The notes: a model not told the origin generated them from the sequence alone. DNA of 64,000 nt from a virus (IMGVR_UViG_3300021429_002418:1708-65707), one strand, 5' to 3'; shown: positions 25,388 to 35,084, counted from the first letter of the stretch. Numbers and translations are program-made.

Positions 25388-26002
25388 ATGTCGGACACTA
25401 CTGGTTACGAAGCTTATGCACTCTTTCAGAGCATTAAGTTGCATTTTACTACTGATAGCTACAATTTTTTCCGTTATAACGGAAAGACCAATACGACAAA
25501 AGATTCCTTTTCCGTACACAAAGCTAAGTATTCCTTTTACAAATTGTCACGCAAATATGACATAACGGATCTCCGTGACTTTTATGTTGCCAACTTTTTG
25601 GAAAGTGATATCAAGTGGATCGGAGAACTTACCGGTCCAGATAGTGAGTTGGTATATAAGAAGTGGCAAAAAAGAAACCAGAGCTTGACTTATCTCTTCG
25701 AACAAGATATAATAAGACTGTTGGTTGAAGTTGAGTCACCAAATAAACTTCTGACAGTAGAAGACGGTCAATACCCAATCCTACTAAAAGAAATGACACA
25801 CAACGACACCAACATAGAAACGGTGTGCATACTAAATGACATTATGAATTTTCTGCCAATGTGGAACAAAAAAATATCGGATGATGTTGTTTGGCCTTCA
25901 TTAAAGAGAAGAATTGAAAAGTATACACCGTTTCTAACTTATGATAAAGAGAAGTTTAAATTGATCCTGAAAGAAAGTTTGAAAGAACATGCCGAAAATT
26001 AA
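25388..26002 (+). CDS. gp59: helicase loader
   Basis: YALFQSIKLHFT...YNFFRYNGK...FYVANF; T4-like synteny gp33-gp59-gp32. Confidence 0.85.
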   Translation: MSDTTGYEAYALFQSIKLHFTTDSYNFFRYNGKTNTTKDSFSVHKAKYSFYKLSRKYDITDLRDFYVANFLESDIKWIGELTGPDSELVYKKWQKRNQSLTYLFEQDIIRLLVEVESPNKLLTVEDGQYPILLKEMTHNDTNIETVCILNDIMNFLPMWNKKISDDVVWPSLKRRIEKYTPFLTYDKEKFKLILKESLKEHAEN

Positions 26003-26483
26003 TTGCATTTATTTGGATATGGACGGTGTTATCGCCGATTTTGAAAAACGGTATGAGGAATTGTTTTCAATAAGTCCAGAAAAAACTAGAGATCGTGGAG
26101 AATTTGATACTTACTTTGATAAATTCATTGCAGAGGGTAACTTTGAAACATTGGAGTTAATGCCAGATGCAATGGAGTTGGTTCAAGCATTGCGTAATGC
26201 ATTACCACCAACACAGATTCTATCGTCCACAGCCAATGAGGCTAGATATGATGCAATCTCAAAACAGAAAATGATTTGGTTGGAAAAACATGGTATAGAT
26301 TTTCAAAAAAACTTTGTACCAGGTAAAAAACTAAAGAAAAAATACGCTCGAACAGATACGTTAATCATTGATGATACGGAAAGTGTTATCAGAGATTGGC
26401 GCGCTGCAGGTGGTACGGCAATCTTACACAAGAATGTTGCAGACACCTTGGTACAGTTAAAGTTTATACTTGACAGTGCCTAA
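25989..26483 (+). CDS. HAD-family 5'(3')-deoxyribonucleotidase-like protein
   Basis: YLDMDGVIADF, LIIDD...W..AGG..ILH. Confidence 0.85.
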   Translation: MPKINCIYLDMDGVIADFEKRYEELFSISPEKTRDRGEFDTYFDKFIAEGNFETLELMPDAMELVQALRNALPPTQILSSTANEARYDAISKQKMIWLEKHGIDFQKNFVPGKKLKKKYARTDTLIIDDTESVIRDWRAAGGTAILHKNVADTLVQLKFILDSA

Positions 26484-26498
26484 ATATTATTATATAAT
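26470..26498 (+). promoter_or_regulatory. consensus sigma70 promoter of gp32
   Basis: TTGACA 26470-26475, 17 bp spacer, TATAAT 26493-26498. Confidence 0.8.
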
Positions 26499-26558
26499 GC
26501 ATCATGTGGATAATCCGTTTAATACAAATATACTCCGTTAATACTAGAAAGGTAAATT

Positions 26559-27443
26559 ATGGTAGATTTCTCTAATCTTAAAAGAAGTTCAGGCAATCTG
26601 GACAAATTGAAGGCGAAAGTCTCTGAGCTCAATGCATCCACTGAGGGTGCAACCGACAAGGAAAAGTTCTGGCGACCAGAAGTTGACAAGGCCGGTAATG
26701 GCATGGCAACAATTCGATTCCTCCCGGCATCTGCACAAGATGGTGATGATGGATTGCCTTGGGTAAAAATCTTCTCACATGGTTTTCAAGGACCAGGCGG
26801 TTGGCTTATTGACAACTGTTTGACAACCAAGAGCCAACAGTGTCCAGTCTGTGAACACAACAACAAATTGTGGAACTCTGGCATCGAAGCCAACAAAGAA
26901 ATCGTTCGCAAACAAAAGCGTAAGCTTAATTATATTGCAAACATTTACATCGTTAGTGATCCGAAACATCCAGAAAATGAAGGTCAAGTTAAACTCTTCA
27001 AATTTGGTAAGAAGATTTTCGACAAAATCACTGAAGCGATGAATCCGGCTTTTGAAGATGAAACACCAATCAATCCGTTTGACTTCTGGAAAGGTGCAAA
27101 CTTCAAACTGAAGATCACTAAGGTTGCTGGTTATCAAAACTACGACAAGTCTGAATTCACTTCAGCTGCACCGTTGTCTGAGAATGATGAAGAACTTGAA
27201 AAAATCTGGAAATCAGAATCAGCTCTATCTGAGTTGGTTGCTGACAAAGAATTCAAGTCTTATGATTTCTTGAAGAATCGGTTGGAAAAAGTTCTTGGTT
27301 TGAATGATGATGGTGATGCTCCACGAGCACGTACCACTGTTGAACAAGCAAAAGCTGCACCTAAGAAGCCTGTTGCATTTGATGCACCATCGGAAGATGA
27401 TGACGATATGGCATACTTCAGTAAGTTGGCTGAAGAAGACTAA
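26559..27443 (+). CDS. gp32: single-stranded DNA-binding protein
   Basis: FWRPEVDKAGNG..IRFLP, HGFQGPGGW, CLTT...CPVC, GANFKLKI, acidic tail. Confidence 0.97.
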   Translation: MVDFSNLKRSSGNLDKLKAKVSELNASTEGATDKEKFWRPEVDKAGNGMATIRFLPASAQDGDDGLPWVKIFSHGFQGPGGWLIDNCLTTKSQQCPVCEHNNKLWNSGIEANKEIVRKQKRKLNYIANIYIVSDPKHPENEGQVKLFKFGKKIFDKITEAMNPAFEDETPINPFDFWKGANFKLKITKVAGYQNYDKSEFTSAAPLSENDEELEKIWKSESALSELVADKEFKSYDFLKNRLEKVLGLNDDGDAPRARTTVEQAKAAPKKPVAFDAPSEDDDDMAYFSKLAEED

Positions 27444-27465
27444 AACTATCCCACTGGAAAGTTAG

Positions 27466-27490
27466 AACCCCGCCTTGTGCGGGGTTTTTT
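27466..27490 (+). terminator. rho-independent terminator between convergent genes
   Basis: AACCCCGC-CTTGT-GCGGGGTT hairpin followed by a T run. Confidence 0.9.
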
Positions 27491-27492
27491 GT

Positions 27493-28929
27493 TTATACTA
27501 CTCTAGTGGACTTCATTATGAGGTCCATAAATGTCTCCTCATCGTTCCTGACAGATATTTCACTAGGTCTTAGACCAACTCTTTGTTGAGTCTGAGATAC
27601 ATTAGTTACCGTTTTATTAACAACATCATTCAAACTATTGTCCCTAGCCACACTTTGCATATTCAAGTCAATATTGTTGTTTGTGAGATTGCTGACTGGT
27701 GAAGCAGGTGGAACAGGTATTGCCATTGTTGAAGGTGCGGCCGCAGCAGGTGGTGTATCTGTTGCCGGAGCCATTGGAGTTACCTTGCCTGTAGAAACCC
27801 TTGGATTTACCTCAGGTGTTGGTATCGGTGTGGCAGTTTGTGGTACACTCAATCCTTGCATTGGCACCTGATACATTGCGCCTCTGTTGGGGTTTTCTTG
27901 CAACCACTGTTTTAAACCGGTCCTATCTTTACCTAACTCGCGTACTAACTCATCATCTGTTTGGTTGGAATTAACAAATTCCTCAACAGTTTGCCTATTC
28001 ACTTGTTTCATTGATTTGGCTCTGAGTTGTTCTGTAGCCTGACCCTCTGTAAGGTTGCCACCTTCTTTTTTGCTTCTAACACTTAAAGCATAAGCGTTAT
28101 TATCATATTCTTTAGAGTATGGGTCATCATCTATTTTACGTTTTTCTATTGCGGATAACATAAACGGAGTAGCTATAACTGCTGCAGCAATTGACGCGAG
28201 CCCCAAAGGACTCAAAACGGCACCAAGAGCCCACTTCATAGCTGGCGCGGCCACTTGTGCAGCTGTTCTAGCAATTGATTTAGCTAAATCTATGGCAAGC
28301 CCAGCAACCTTTGCACCCAATTGAGCTAATAAAACTCCAAAATTTGATAACATTTCAAACAAACTATCAAACATAGATTTTGATCCTTCAGGTTCTGCGG
28401 TTGCGTTAGGATTAATTCGTTTCATTAGTTCTTTGAGTGTTGTCATCAACTCATCATGCCGGCGTTTTTTCTCCATAGACACTTCTTCTGCAAAATTCTC
28501 CGACTTTTGTTTTAAGTTCTTTTGATTTTCATATGAACTTTTTAGAAAACCGTAAATTTTAGCCAACTGTTCGTTTATACCCGCATCACCTTCACCCTGG
28601 CCTCCCAATTTATTCAATTTTTCAGACTTACCACCAAAACGAATATGACGTAATCTACCAGTGAAGTAGTCAATATCTTCTTGCTTTCGACCCATCATCT
28701 TACCCAAGAGAGCTGGACCCAATTTAGAACCAAATGTCATAAACTTAGCAACAGCCAAAGGATCAAATTTCTCTTTGATACCTTTCATTCTGGCCTGAGT
28801 TTTCATCGATATTGTTTTACCGATTGCACCGGCTACACCTTTGGTGGCCAATTGGTCAACAAAAAGGTCCTTGAAACTTGTGCCGCGAACCCTTTTAGCT
28901 TGTTGATAATTCAGTTTATTGTCTGCCAT
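27493..28929 (-). CDS. tape-measure/baseplate hub-like (gp29-position) protein
   Basis: helical N-terminus, Pro/Ala/Thr-rich linker; lies downstream of gp26/gp51; assignment by synteny. Confidence 0.55.
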   Translation of the reverse strand: MADNKLNYQQAKRVRGTSFKDLFVDQLATKGVAGAIGKTISMKTQARMKGIKEKFDPLAVAKFMTFGSKLGPALLGKMMGRKQEDIDYFTGRLRHIRFGGKSEKLNKLGGQGEGDAGINEQLAKIYGFLKSSYENQKNLKQKSENFAEEVSMEKKRRHDELMTTLKELMKRINPNATAEPEGSKSMFDSLFEMLSNFGVLLAQLGAKVAGLAIDLAKSIARTAAQVAAPAMKWALGAVLSPLGLASIAAAVIATPFMLSAIEKRKIDDDPYSKEYDNNAYALSVRSKKEGGNLTEGQATEQLRAKSMKQVNRQTVEEFVNSNQTDDELVRELGKDRTGLKQWLQENPNRGAMYQVPMQGLSVPQTATPIPTPEVNPRVSTGKVTPMAPATDTPPAAAAPSTMAIPVPPASPVSNLTNNNIDLNMQSVARDNSLNDVVNKTVTNVSQTQQRVGLRPSEISVRNDEETFMDLIMKSTRVV

Positions 28930-28932
28930 CTT

Positions 28933-30669
28933 TTACTTCCTTTTGTGTGCTGGTCTATCATCAACTTTTGCTGGTGTGGATGATTCACTTGTATTCGACA
29001 CATTTGTTGTATTTTGTTGAACATTCACGGGTGCAGGTTTATCTTGTACCTTCATATCTTTGTTTTCTTTGGAAACATTATCTATTTGAGAACCAACACC
29101 TTCATAATTTTTTGAATAATTATTCACCGTTGATAGTAACTTGGCGCCAATACCTTTATCCAAATTTAGTTTTGCACCACCAATTGTTTGTGTGACTGCA
29201 CGATTGGCTTCTTCTTGATTTGTAAATTCAAGGCCCTTTTTACCCCTTCCACGTTTAATAAATTCCGCAGAAATTTTTGCCGCAATATCAGGTTGCAATA
29301 GTGCGTCTGGATTTTTTACTAAATCTATACCTGCAATTTTACTATACTCTTTATAGTTATTTTTTCCAGTTAGTTGAATAAAACCACGGCCTCTGTACTT
29401 ATAACCATCACCTTCTTCTGTATTTCCCATTGATTGACCAATGACAGTATTTTTACCATAAACTAATTCACCAAATTTGTAAGGATCTTTTTTAATTACA
29501 TCTATTTCAGAGTCATTTAAATGTTTAACTCTCGTAGTAAACACTTCTCTTATTCTATTAGCAGAAGTACCTTTGTATTTCAATAAATTTTCTTCTAGCT
29601 CAGTACCTTGAGTTTCTTTCTGAACATTTGCCAAAATTGCTCTTTGTGCATATACATTTGTTATACCTGCTGCGACCATGGCACCAATAATTGGGCCGGC
29701 AACTGCGGACATACCTTTAGGTAATTTTGATGCGGTTGTTACCGGTGGCTTTGTAGTCACAGAAGGTTTCTGTGTTGCAGTAGGAGGTTTAACCGTTTCT
29801 GGTGCTTTTACTGGTTCCGCAGGTTTTGGTGCCGCTGGTTTTTGTGTTTGTTTAACTGGTTCAGCTGTCTTAGGAGCTTCCTTCTTAGGTGCCTCTGTCT
29901 TAGGAGCTTCTTTTTTGGCTTTAGTTTCGGCTTCCTTTTTTGCTCTATCTTCAGCTATCCGTTTTTTGCTGGCATCATCAGCAGCTCGTCTAGCATCTGA
30001 AGCCTTTTTGGCTTCTTCTGCTGCCTTAGCGTCATCTGCTTTTTTCTTGGCCGCTTCTTGAGCTCGATCAGCTTCTTTTTTTTGTGCTGAGGTTTTTGCG
30101 TCTGCTGTTTTTTTATCGGCGGCCGCCTTGGCATCATCTGCTGATTTTTTATCTTTTTTTATCTGTTCATCTTTTGCAGAAGATTTTTGTTCTTTTCTTT
30201 TATCCTTTTCTGCATCTGTAGGTTTCTTGGCTGGTTCATCCTTCTTGGCTGGTTCACCTTTTTTAGGTACTTTCGGTTTTTTAGTTTTTTTACCGACAGT
30301 AGATTTTGCAGTTTTCTCAACTTTTTCAGATTGCTTTTGTTCTTTACTAATACCTTTTTTTCGTTTTGGTTCTCTGCGTAAAGTCAAGGCCTTGATAATT
30401 TCTTGGTGTTGTCTCTGTTCCTCAGAATCACTTTCCTCTTTTAGATTTAGTTCTCTCTGATATTCCAATCTTCTCTCTTCATCAGAATCAACCATCAATT
30501 GGTATATTGATCCAAGATACTGTGTATTGGACATACTGCCAGAGGTTTCACTCATGGCAGGTTCAATTTTTTTCGATTTAAATACTGAACTTAATTTCGA
30601 TAATCCACGGCCGAAACCGCCAGTAATTTTACCAGCTGTCTCTTTTAAACTTTTTGTTATTTCAGCCAT
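28933..30669 (-). CDS. tail-associated protein with Lys/Ala/Glu-rich stalk and C-terminal GH19 (chitinase/lysozyme-like) domain
   Basis: GNTEEGDGYKYRGRGFIQLTGKNNY...DLVKNPDALLQPDIAA; TolA-like KAAEE/EAPKK low-complexity middle. Confidence 0.85.
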   Translation of the reverse strand: MAEITKSLKETAGKITGGFGRGLSKLSSVFKSKKIEPAMSETSGSMSNTQYLGSIYQLMVDSDEERRLEYQRELNLKEESDSEEQRQHQEIIKALTLRREPKRKKGISKEQKQSEKVEKTAKSTVGKKTKKPKVPKKGEPAKKDEPAKKPTDAEKDKRKEQKSSAKDEQIKKDKKSADDAKAAADKKTADAKTSAQKKEADRAQEAAKKKADDAKAAEEAKKASDARRAADDASKKRIAEDRAKKEAETKAKKEAPKTEAPKKEAPKTAEPVKQTQKPAAPKPAEPVKAPETVKPPTATQKPSVTTKPPVTTASKLPKGMSAVAGPIIGAMVAAGITNVYAQRAILANVQKETQGTELEENLLKYKGTSANRIREVFTTRVKHLNDSEIDVIKKDPYKFGELVYGKNTVIGQSMGNTEEGDGYKYRGRGFIQLTGKNNYKEYSKIAGIDLVKNPDALLQPDIAAKISAEFIKRGRGKKGLEFTNQEEANRAVTQTIGGAKLNLDKGIGAKLLSTVNNYSKNYEGVGSQIDNVSKENKDMKVQDKPAPVNVQQNTTNVSNTSESSTPAKVDDRPAHKRK

Positions 30670-30672
30670 CTA

Positions 30673-30867
30673 TTATTTTCTCATGCGTTCTTTTAATTTC
30701 TGATTCTCTTCTTCCAAATATTGAATTAGCATGGCGACATAGATATCTCGTTCCCAAGGTATCATATTCTCAAGTTCAGTAAGACTATACTTATGGTGTT
30801 GCATCAAAGAAAAGTTAGTCTTAAAGTAATTTTTTAAATCATCATAACAAAGTATTAAACGAAAAAA
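30673..30867 (-). CDS. gp51: gp51-like baseplate hub assembly domain, probably a -1 frameshift extension of gp26 (absent from the ORF track)
   Basis: hand translation FFRLILCYDDLKNYFKTNFSLMQHHKYSLTELENMIPWERDIYVAMLIQYLEEENQKLKERMRK*; no ATG before the conserved NY..TNF block. Confidence 0.8.
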   Translation of the reverse strand, partial: FFRLILCYDDLKNYFKTNFSLMQHHKYSLTELENMIPWERDIYVAMLIQYLEEENQKLKERMRK

Positions 30868-31583
30868 CTTTCGAGTCCCTCCACATCCAACTTATGTGGA
30901 AAACCACATTTTGAACATGTGATATCAACCGACTTTCTTAACTTTGGAATACTATTGAAAAAGTTTTCCAATTTCTCAAATTGTTCTTGGCTTAATTGTT
31001 CGACAAATTCAACCAATTCTTGTGTTGTCTGTTCTTTTGCATAATGAAACTGTTCACCATCATATATGTGTTCTATAGACTGAGCCAACATGTTGAAGGT
31101 AACATCAGTGATGTTGTCAATATCAACCGAATCTTTTATTAACTTGAATGGTGGATAACGCATCTTAATAACAATTTTGTCAGTCAATTGAATTTCAGGA
31201 TCAATATGTTCCTGATATTCAGGCTTAATTTCCATCAAATTAATCTTTACTTCCATAACATTGCCGCATGTCTTACCGTCTTCGACTTCATTATTGCAAC
31301 GATATTTTGTTTCTGAAATTTCACCAACAGACTTTGCTCTCAGGTGAATAAAGTAATACTCAACATCAACTATCGAAAGCTCATCGATATCAAAATCTTT
31401 GGTTAATGTACAAACATCCAAGATTTCTCGTACATTGTGTTGTATGCTGTGTGCATCACCAGATTCCATTGCCATCAAAAGAGCTTTCTGCTCCTTTACT
31501 AAAAACGGTCTGTATTTTATCTTCTTCTTAGAAAGCGGTAATTCCAGTTCATAAGTTGGCACTTCAAGTTTTGGTAAAGCCAT
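30855..31583 (-). CDS. gp26: baseplate hub subunit/assembly chaperone
   Basis: MALPKLEVPTYEL...YRPFLVKEQKALLMA...C.KCG...EGLESFF. Confidence 0.92.
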   Translation of the reverse strand: MALPKLEVPTYELELPLSKKKIKYRPFLVKEQKALLMAMESGDAHSIQHNVREILDVCTLTKDFDIDELSIVDVEYYFIHLRAKSVGEISETKYRCNNEVEDGKTCGNVMEVKINLMEIKPEYQEHIDPEIQLTDKIVIKMRYPPFKLIKDSVDIDNITDVTFNMLAQSIEHIYDGEQFHYAKEQTTQELVEFVEQLSQEQFEKLENFFNSIPKLRKSVDITCSKCGFPHKLDVEGLESFFV

Positions 31584-31592
31584 AATATCTCC

Positions 31593-32267
31593 TTAATTAT
31601 TTTCAATTTTAACGGTCGACTCCAATGATTGTGCAATTGAGTTGAAACCTATTCCGATGCCGCCAGCAGCGCCGCCACCAAGTCCACCTAAACTTGTGGC
31701 CACCGAGTTTAAACCAGCATCGATCAGTTCCATACCTAATGCTTGCAACGAATTGTTTTTCCAATAAGTATATGCAAAAGTTACTGACAGTTTATGGTAA
31801 CCATCTGCGTTCCAATCTAAGTCTAGTTGGTTCATGGAAATAGGGAATGCATCATATAAATTCACAGAATACGACAGTTTGTTTCCAACATCATATTGGT
31901 TGACTGTGATCGTTGTTGCATAATTTTCTTTATATCTCATATTGTAATTAAACATTGGATTAATATAGTTTAACCATGCATCAAAAAACACTTTTGATTC
32001 CATGTTGTCATCAATTATAAAAGTCAAATCTATGTCAGCATATGTAGTGAGATATGGATGTTTCTCAACTGGTCCATAAGTTTTTTGTTCAGTTGTTGCA
32101 AGAGTTCTACCTGGAAGTTGTGCGTTTTCACATCTGTATGTAAGAGCTCTTGCTGTTGAGATGTACGGAATCAATGTCACTGGTATAGGAATGTTCACAT
32201 CAAATCTATTTGGTCTGGCCAAATCACCTGAAAAACTTGATTTAAAATCACTGATTGATCTAGGCAT
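31593..32267 (-). CDS. gp54: baseplate tail-tube initiator (gp19-fold)
   Basis: LARPNRFDV...CENAQLPGR...DIDLTF...AFPISM...LSVTFAYTYW. Confidence 0.75.
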   Translation of the reverse strand: MPRSISDFKSSFSGDLARPNRFDVNIPIPVTLIPYISTARALTYRCENAQLPGRTLATTEQKTYGPVEKHPYLTTYADIDLTFIIDDNMESKVFFDAWLNYINPMFNYNMRYKENYATTITVNQYDVGNKLSYSVNLYDAFPISMNQLDLDWNADGYHKLSVTFAYTYWKNNSLQALGMELIDAGLNSVATSLGGLGGGAAGGIGIGFNSIAQSLESTVKIENN

Positions 32268-32885
32268 TTAATTGTTCCTTATTTCTTCTAGTGAATCTTT
32301 CCAGACTTCTTTTGGTTGTGCTTTTTTGAACTGGTGTACTGGCAAATATGTTGCAACATCCCATTCTTCTGGTTCAACAGCAAGAATCCTGGATTTTATG
32401 TGACTGTACAGGTACTTCTTCAGGCAAGGTCTAAACTCTTTTAGTCTAGATGACGCATCCAACATAGGATAAGTCACCCTGACTCGTTTAATTTCATCCT
32501 CGTCATTATATAAAGCAAAACTCAACAACTTCTTTAGGAAGATTACACGATATCTAAGTGGTAAGTAATGTATGTTTAAACCAATGAATCCATCAGATTG
32601 CCGTTTTAGTGGTATCACCAAAGGGAATCTGTCATAATAAGGCAAGTCATTCTTGGTTTTAGGATCATACACAAAGTAATACATACCACCCATCAAGAAT
32701 TTTTGTCTATCGGCTGGTCTTGTCCATCTTTCCTTTTCTTTTGTGATAGGAACAGACAATCGACCTGGATTTCTCAGGCCTGCAATTTTTTGCATCAACC
32801 ATTTCAAAGACTGGCTGCTCATCGTTGGATGTTCAGCTGCGATCTTCTGTTCGGTCAGTGTGGTTAGTATGGATTTTGTTATCAT
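32268..32885 (-). CDS. gp2: DNA end protector protein
   Basis: MYYFVYDPKTK..LPYYDRFPLV...GLNIHYLP...CLKKYL...LPVHQFKK. Confidence 0.92.
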   Translation of the reverse strand: MITKSILTTLTEQKIAAEHPTMSSQSLKWLMQKIAGLRNPGRLSVPITKEKERWTRPADRQKFLMGGMYYFVYDPKTKNDLPYYDRFPLVIPLKRQSDGFIGLNIHYLPLRYRVIFLKKLLSFALYNDEDEIKRVRVTYPMLDASSRLKEFRPCLKKYLYSHIKSRILAVEPEEWDVATYLPVHQFKKAQPKEVWKDSLEEIRNN

Positions 32886-32889
32886 TGGA

Positions 32890-32897
32890 TATTTAGT
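32890..32897 (-). promoter_or_regulatory. late promoter box ACTAAATA 4 nt upstream of the gp2 ATG
   Basis: reverse complement of TATTTAGT 32890-32897. Confidence 0.6.
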
Positions 32898-33331
32898 TAC
32901 AGTCCAAGGTCATCTTCTGTAATAATCTGGAAGGCCCAGCCCCTATCTTGACAATATTCATTTGCTGCCTTCCATTTAGCACTGTTAACACCCCATGTAG
33001 TGACTTCATTTATGTACTGTTTAGTGACACGCTTTTGTTTTTTCGGTTCTTGTGTCTGTTTTTTAGGTTTAACCTCAATCATCAATGTCTTTAGTTTACC
33101 CTCTTTGGTGCGTACTTTGACTAAGAAGTCTGGATAATAACGATGAAACTTATTATCCACTGGAGATTTGTAAGGAACTATCAACTCTTCTGATGCCCAC
33201 GATATAATATTTGGATTTTTATCGAGCCAGTGCATCACTCGACACTCCCAACTCGAGCGATATATGATATTTTTGTGGTCACCCATGTATTTTTGTGGGT
33301 TTGTTGGTTTAAATGTGCCGGAATATGCCAT
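32897..33331 (-). CDS. gp4: head completion nuclease
   Basis: MAYSGTFKP.NP.KY.GD...YRSSWE...WASEE...HRYYPDF...EVKP...KWKAA. Confidence 0.95.
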   Translation of the reverse strand: MAYSGTFKPTNPQKYMGDHKNIIYRSSWECRVMHWLDKNPNIISWASEELIVPYKSPVDNKFHRYYPDFLVKVRTKEGKLKTLMIEVKPKKQTQEPKKQKRVTKQYINEVTTWGVNSAKWKAANEYCQDRGWAFQIITEDDLGL

Positions 33332-33422
33332 AGTTCATAAATAATTGTGTATATACCAATCCAACGCCGGTGTGGAACGTCAGTTATGAATATATATGCG
33401 ATTTCTTTTTGTGGATATGATA

Positions 33423-33430
33423 CATAAATA
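33423..33430 (+). promoter_or_regulatory. late promoter box CATAAATA upstream of gp48
   Basis: intergenic; a second copy lies at 33336-33343. Confidence 0.65.
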
Positions 33431-33462
33431 GATTTTATACACACTCTTTTCTAAGAAAAACA

Positions 33463-34461
33463 ATGGCACTCATCACAATACCAACATCTATAGGTGGTTT
33501 AAACATTCCCGCAGGAATATTTGGCGGACCTTTGGGGTCACTATATCGAAAAGGTGGACTGGAATATGTACAATATCCGAGAGATTTGGGTAGTGCAACA
33601 AAATCACATTCGGTTCTATTTACGATAGAAGAGATACAAGAGACAAAATTTCAGGACGTTTTAAATAAGATTGAATCTTTGTTCAAATCCAAGTCTGATC
33701 CAATTCCTGAAGGTGCAGCCACAGTTGATGAACAAAATGCAATAAATGAGGCCTTAGCTGACCAGCGGGCTGGCACCACAGATAGAAGCTTTGTACAGAG
33801 TGCTGGTGATATGCTGAACTCCGGTTTAAATTCTCTTGGTGAATCCGTAAAAGAATTTAATAGTAGAAAAGGTGTGCCAGTAGGTTATATTGCGCTCTAT
33901 ATGCCGGAAAATTTTAACATCACATCAAATATGTCATATGATGACACTACAACAATAGCCTCGGCAGCAGGTGCATTACCATTAATTGGTAGTGTAGTTA
34001 GTAAAGTAACTGACAAACTTCAGAATAATGACGCTGCTAAACTTGCTTTAAACAGAGCCGGTTATGTTTTTAATCCACAAAAACAAATGTTGTTTCAGGG
34101 TATTGAGTTTAGAGAATTCAATCTATCTTTCACTTTCACACCATATTCACAAAGGGAAGCGGAAGATGTTAAGAAAATTATCAAAATGTTTAGGATGTGG
34201 TCGGCACCAAAAACATCTTCGGCTGGAGCTGGTATGTTCTTTGTTCCGCCTGCGTTATTTGGTGTGGAATTTCAGTTTCAAGGTAAGATAAATCCAAATT
34301 TACCAAAGTTAGAAAGATGTGTTGTAGAATCGGTTGATGTTAATTATGCACCAAACGGATGGGCTGCACACAGTGACGGTGCACCAATACAAACGACCAT
34401 GGCAATTCAATTGAAGGAAATCGTACTGATTGACCGTGCAAAAGTGAATGCTGGATACTAA
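33463..34461 (+). CDS. gp48: baseplate tail-tube cap
   Basis: YPRDL...ALYMP...FNPQKQMLFQGIEFREF.LSFTF.P.S..EA..V..II..F...VNYAPNG. Confidence 0.85.
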   Translation: MALITIPTSIGGLNIPAGIFGGPLGSLYRKGGLEYVQYPRDLGSATKSHSVLFTIEEIQETKFQDVLNKIESLFKSKSDPIPEGAATVDEQNAINEALADQRAGTTDRSFVQSAGDMLNSGLNSLGESVKEFNSRKGVPVGYIALYMPENFNITSNMSYDDTTTIASAAGALPLIGSVVSKVTDKLQNNDAAKLALNRAGYVFNPQKQMLFQGIEFREFNLSFTFTPYSQREAEDVKKIIKMFRMWSAPKTSSAGAGMFFVPPALFGVEFQFQGKINPNLPKLERCVVESVDVNYAPNGWAAHSDGAPIQTTMAIQLKEIVLIDRAKVNAGY

Positions 34462-34462
34462 A

Positions 34463-35083
34463 ATGCAATACTTTAATTCTTTACCTAAAGTTCAATATAC
34501 CAATAAAAATGGTGTTTCTACAGTGTACACCAACTTATTGGCTAGAGCAAGCATAATTCCAAGTCTGTTGAACAATACATTAAATTTTTATGATTATGAC
34601 ATACAAGACGGTGACACACCGGAAATTGTAGCATACAAATATTATGGTGATTCTTATAGATATTGGGTGGTACTATATGTGAATCAAATAAATGATGCAC
34701 AATGGGATTGGCCATTAGATGATAGAAATTTTCGTGAGTATATGAATGAAAAATATGCCGATAATACCGCGGAGAATGTTCACCATTATGAAAAGACTAT
34801 TACACAAACAAATAGAACATCTGGCACAGACTACGATATAAAAACCACAACAAATAGCTTTTCGATTACAGAAGAAGAATACACCGAACTGCAAAATGCA
34901 GGTGGAATAGAAACAAATACATATGTTCTGCCAACCGGTTCAGTTGATGTTACAATAGAATCAAGAATAGTTACAAATTATACATATGAGCTTGAACTGA
35001 ATGAATCTAAAAGAAGTATAAAATTGTTAAACAAAGCATTTATTGACCAATTCGAAAAAGATTTTATGGATTTAATGAAATAA
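34463..35083 (+). CDS. gp53: baseplate wedge subunit
   Basis: MQYFNSLP...YDIQDGDTPEIVAYKYYGDS..YWVVL..N...WDWPL...NESKRSIKLL. Confidence 0.9.
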   Translation: MQYFNSLPKVQYTNKNGVSTVYTNLLARASIIPSLLNNTLNFYDYDIQDGDTPEIVAYKYYGDSYRYWVVLYVNQINDAQWDWPLDDRNFREYMNEKYADNTAENVHHYEKTITQTNRTSGTDYDIKTTTNSFSITEEEYTELQNAGGIETNTYVLPTGSVDVTIESRIVTNYTYELELNESKRSIKLLNKAFIDQFEKDFMDLMK

Positions 35084-35084
35084 T

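Noticed and set aside
28933-29700. GH19 domain as a true chitinase
   Set aside because: In phages GH19 domains generally act as peptidoglycan hydrolases, and the tail-gene context supports that
33681-33690. GTTCAAATCC, resembling a tRNA T-loop
   Set aside because: It lies inside gp48 and has no acceptor, D or anticodon arms; no tRNA gene was recognised in the window
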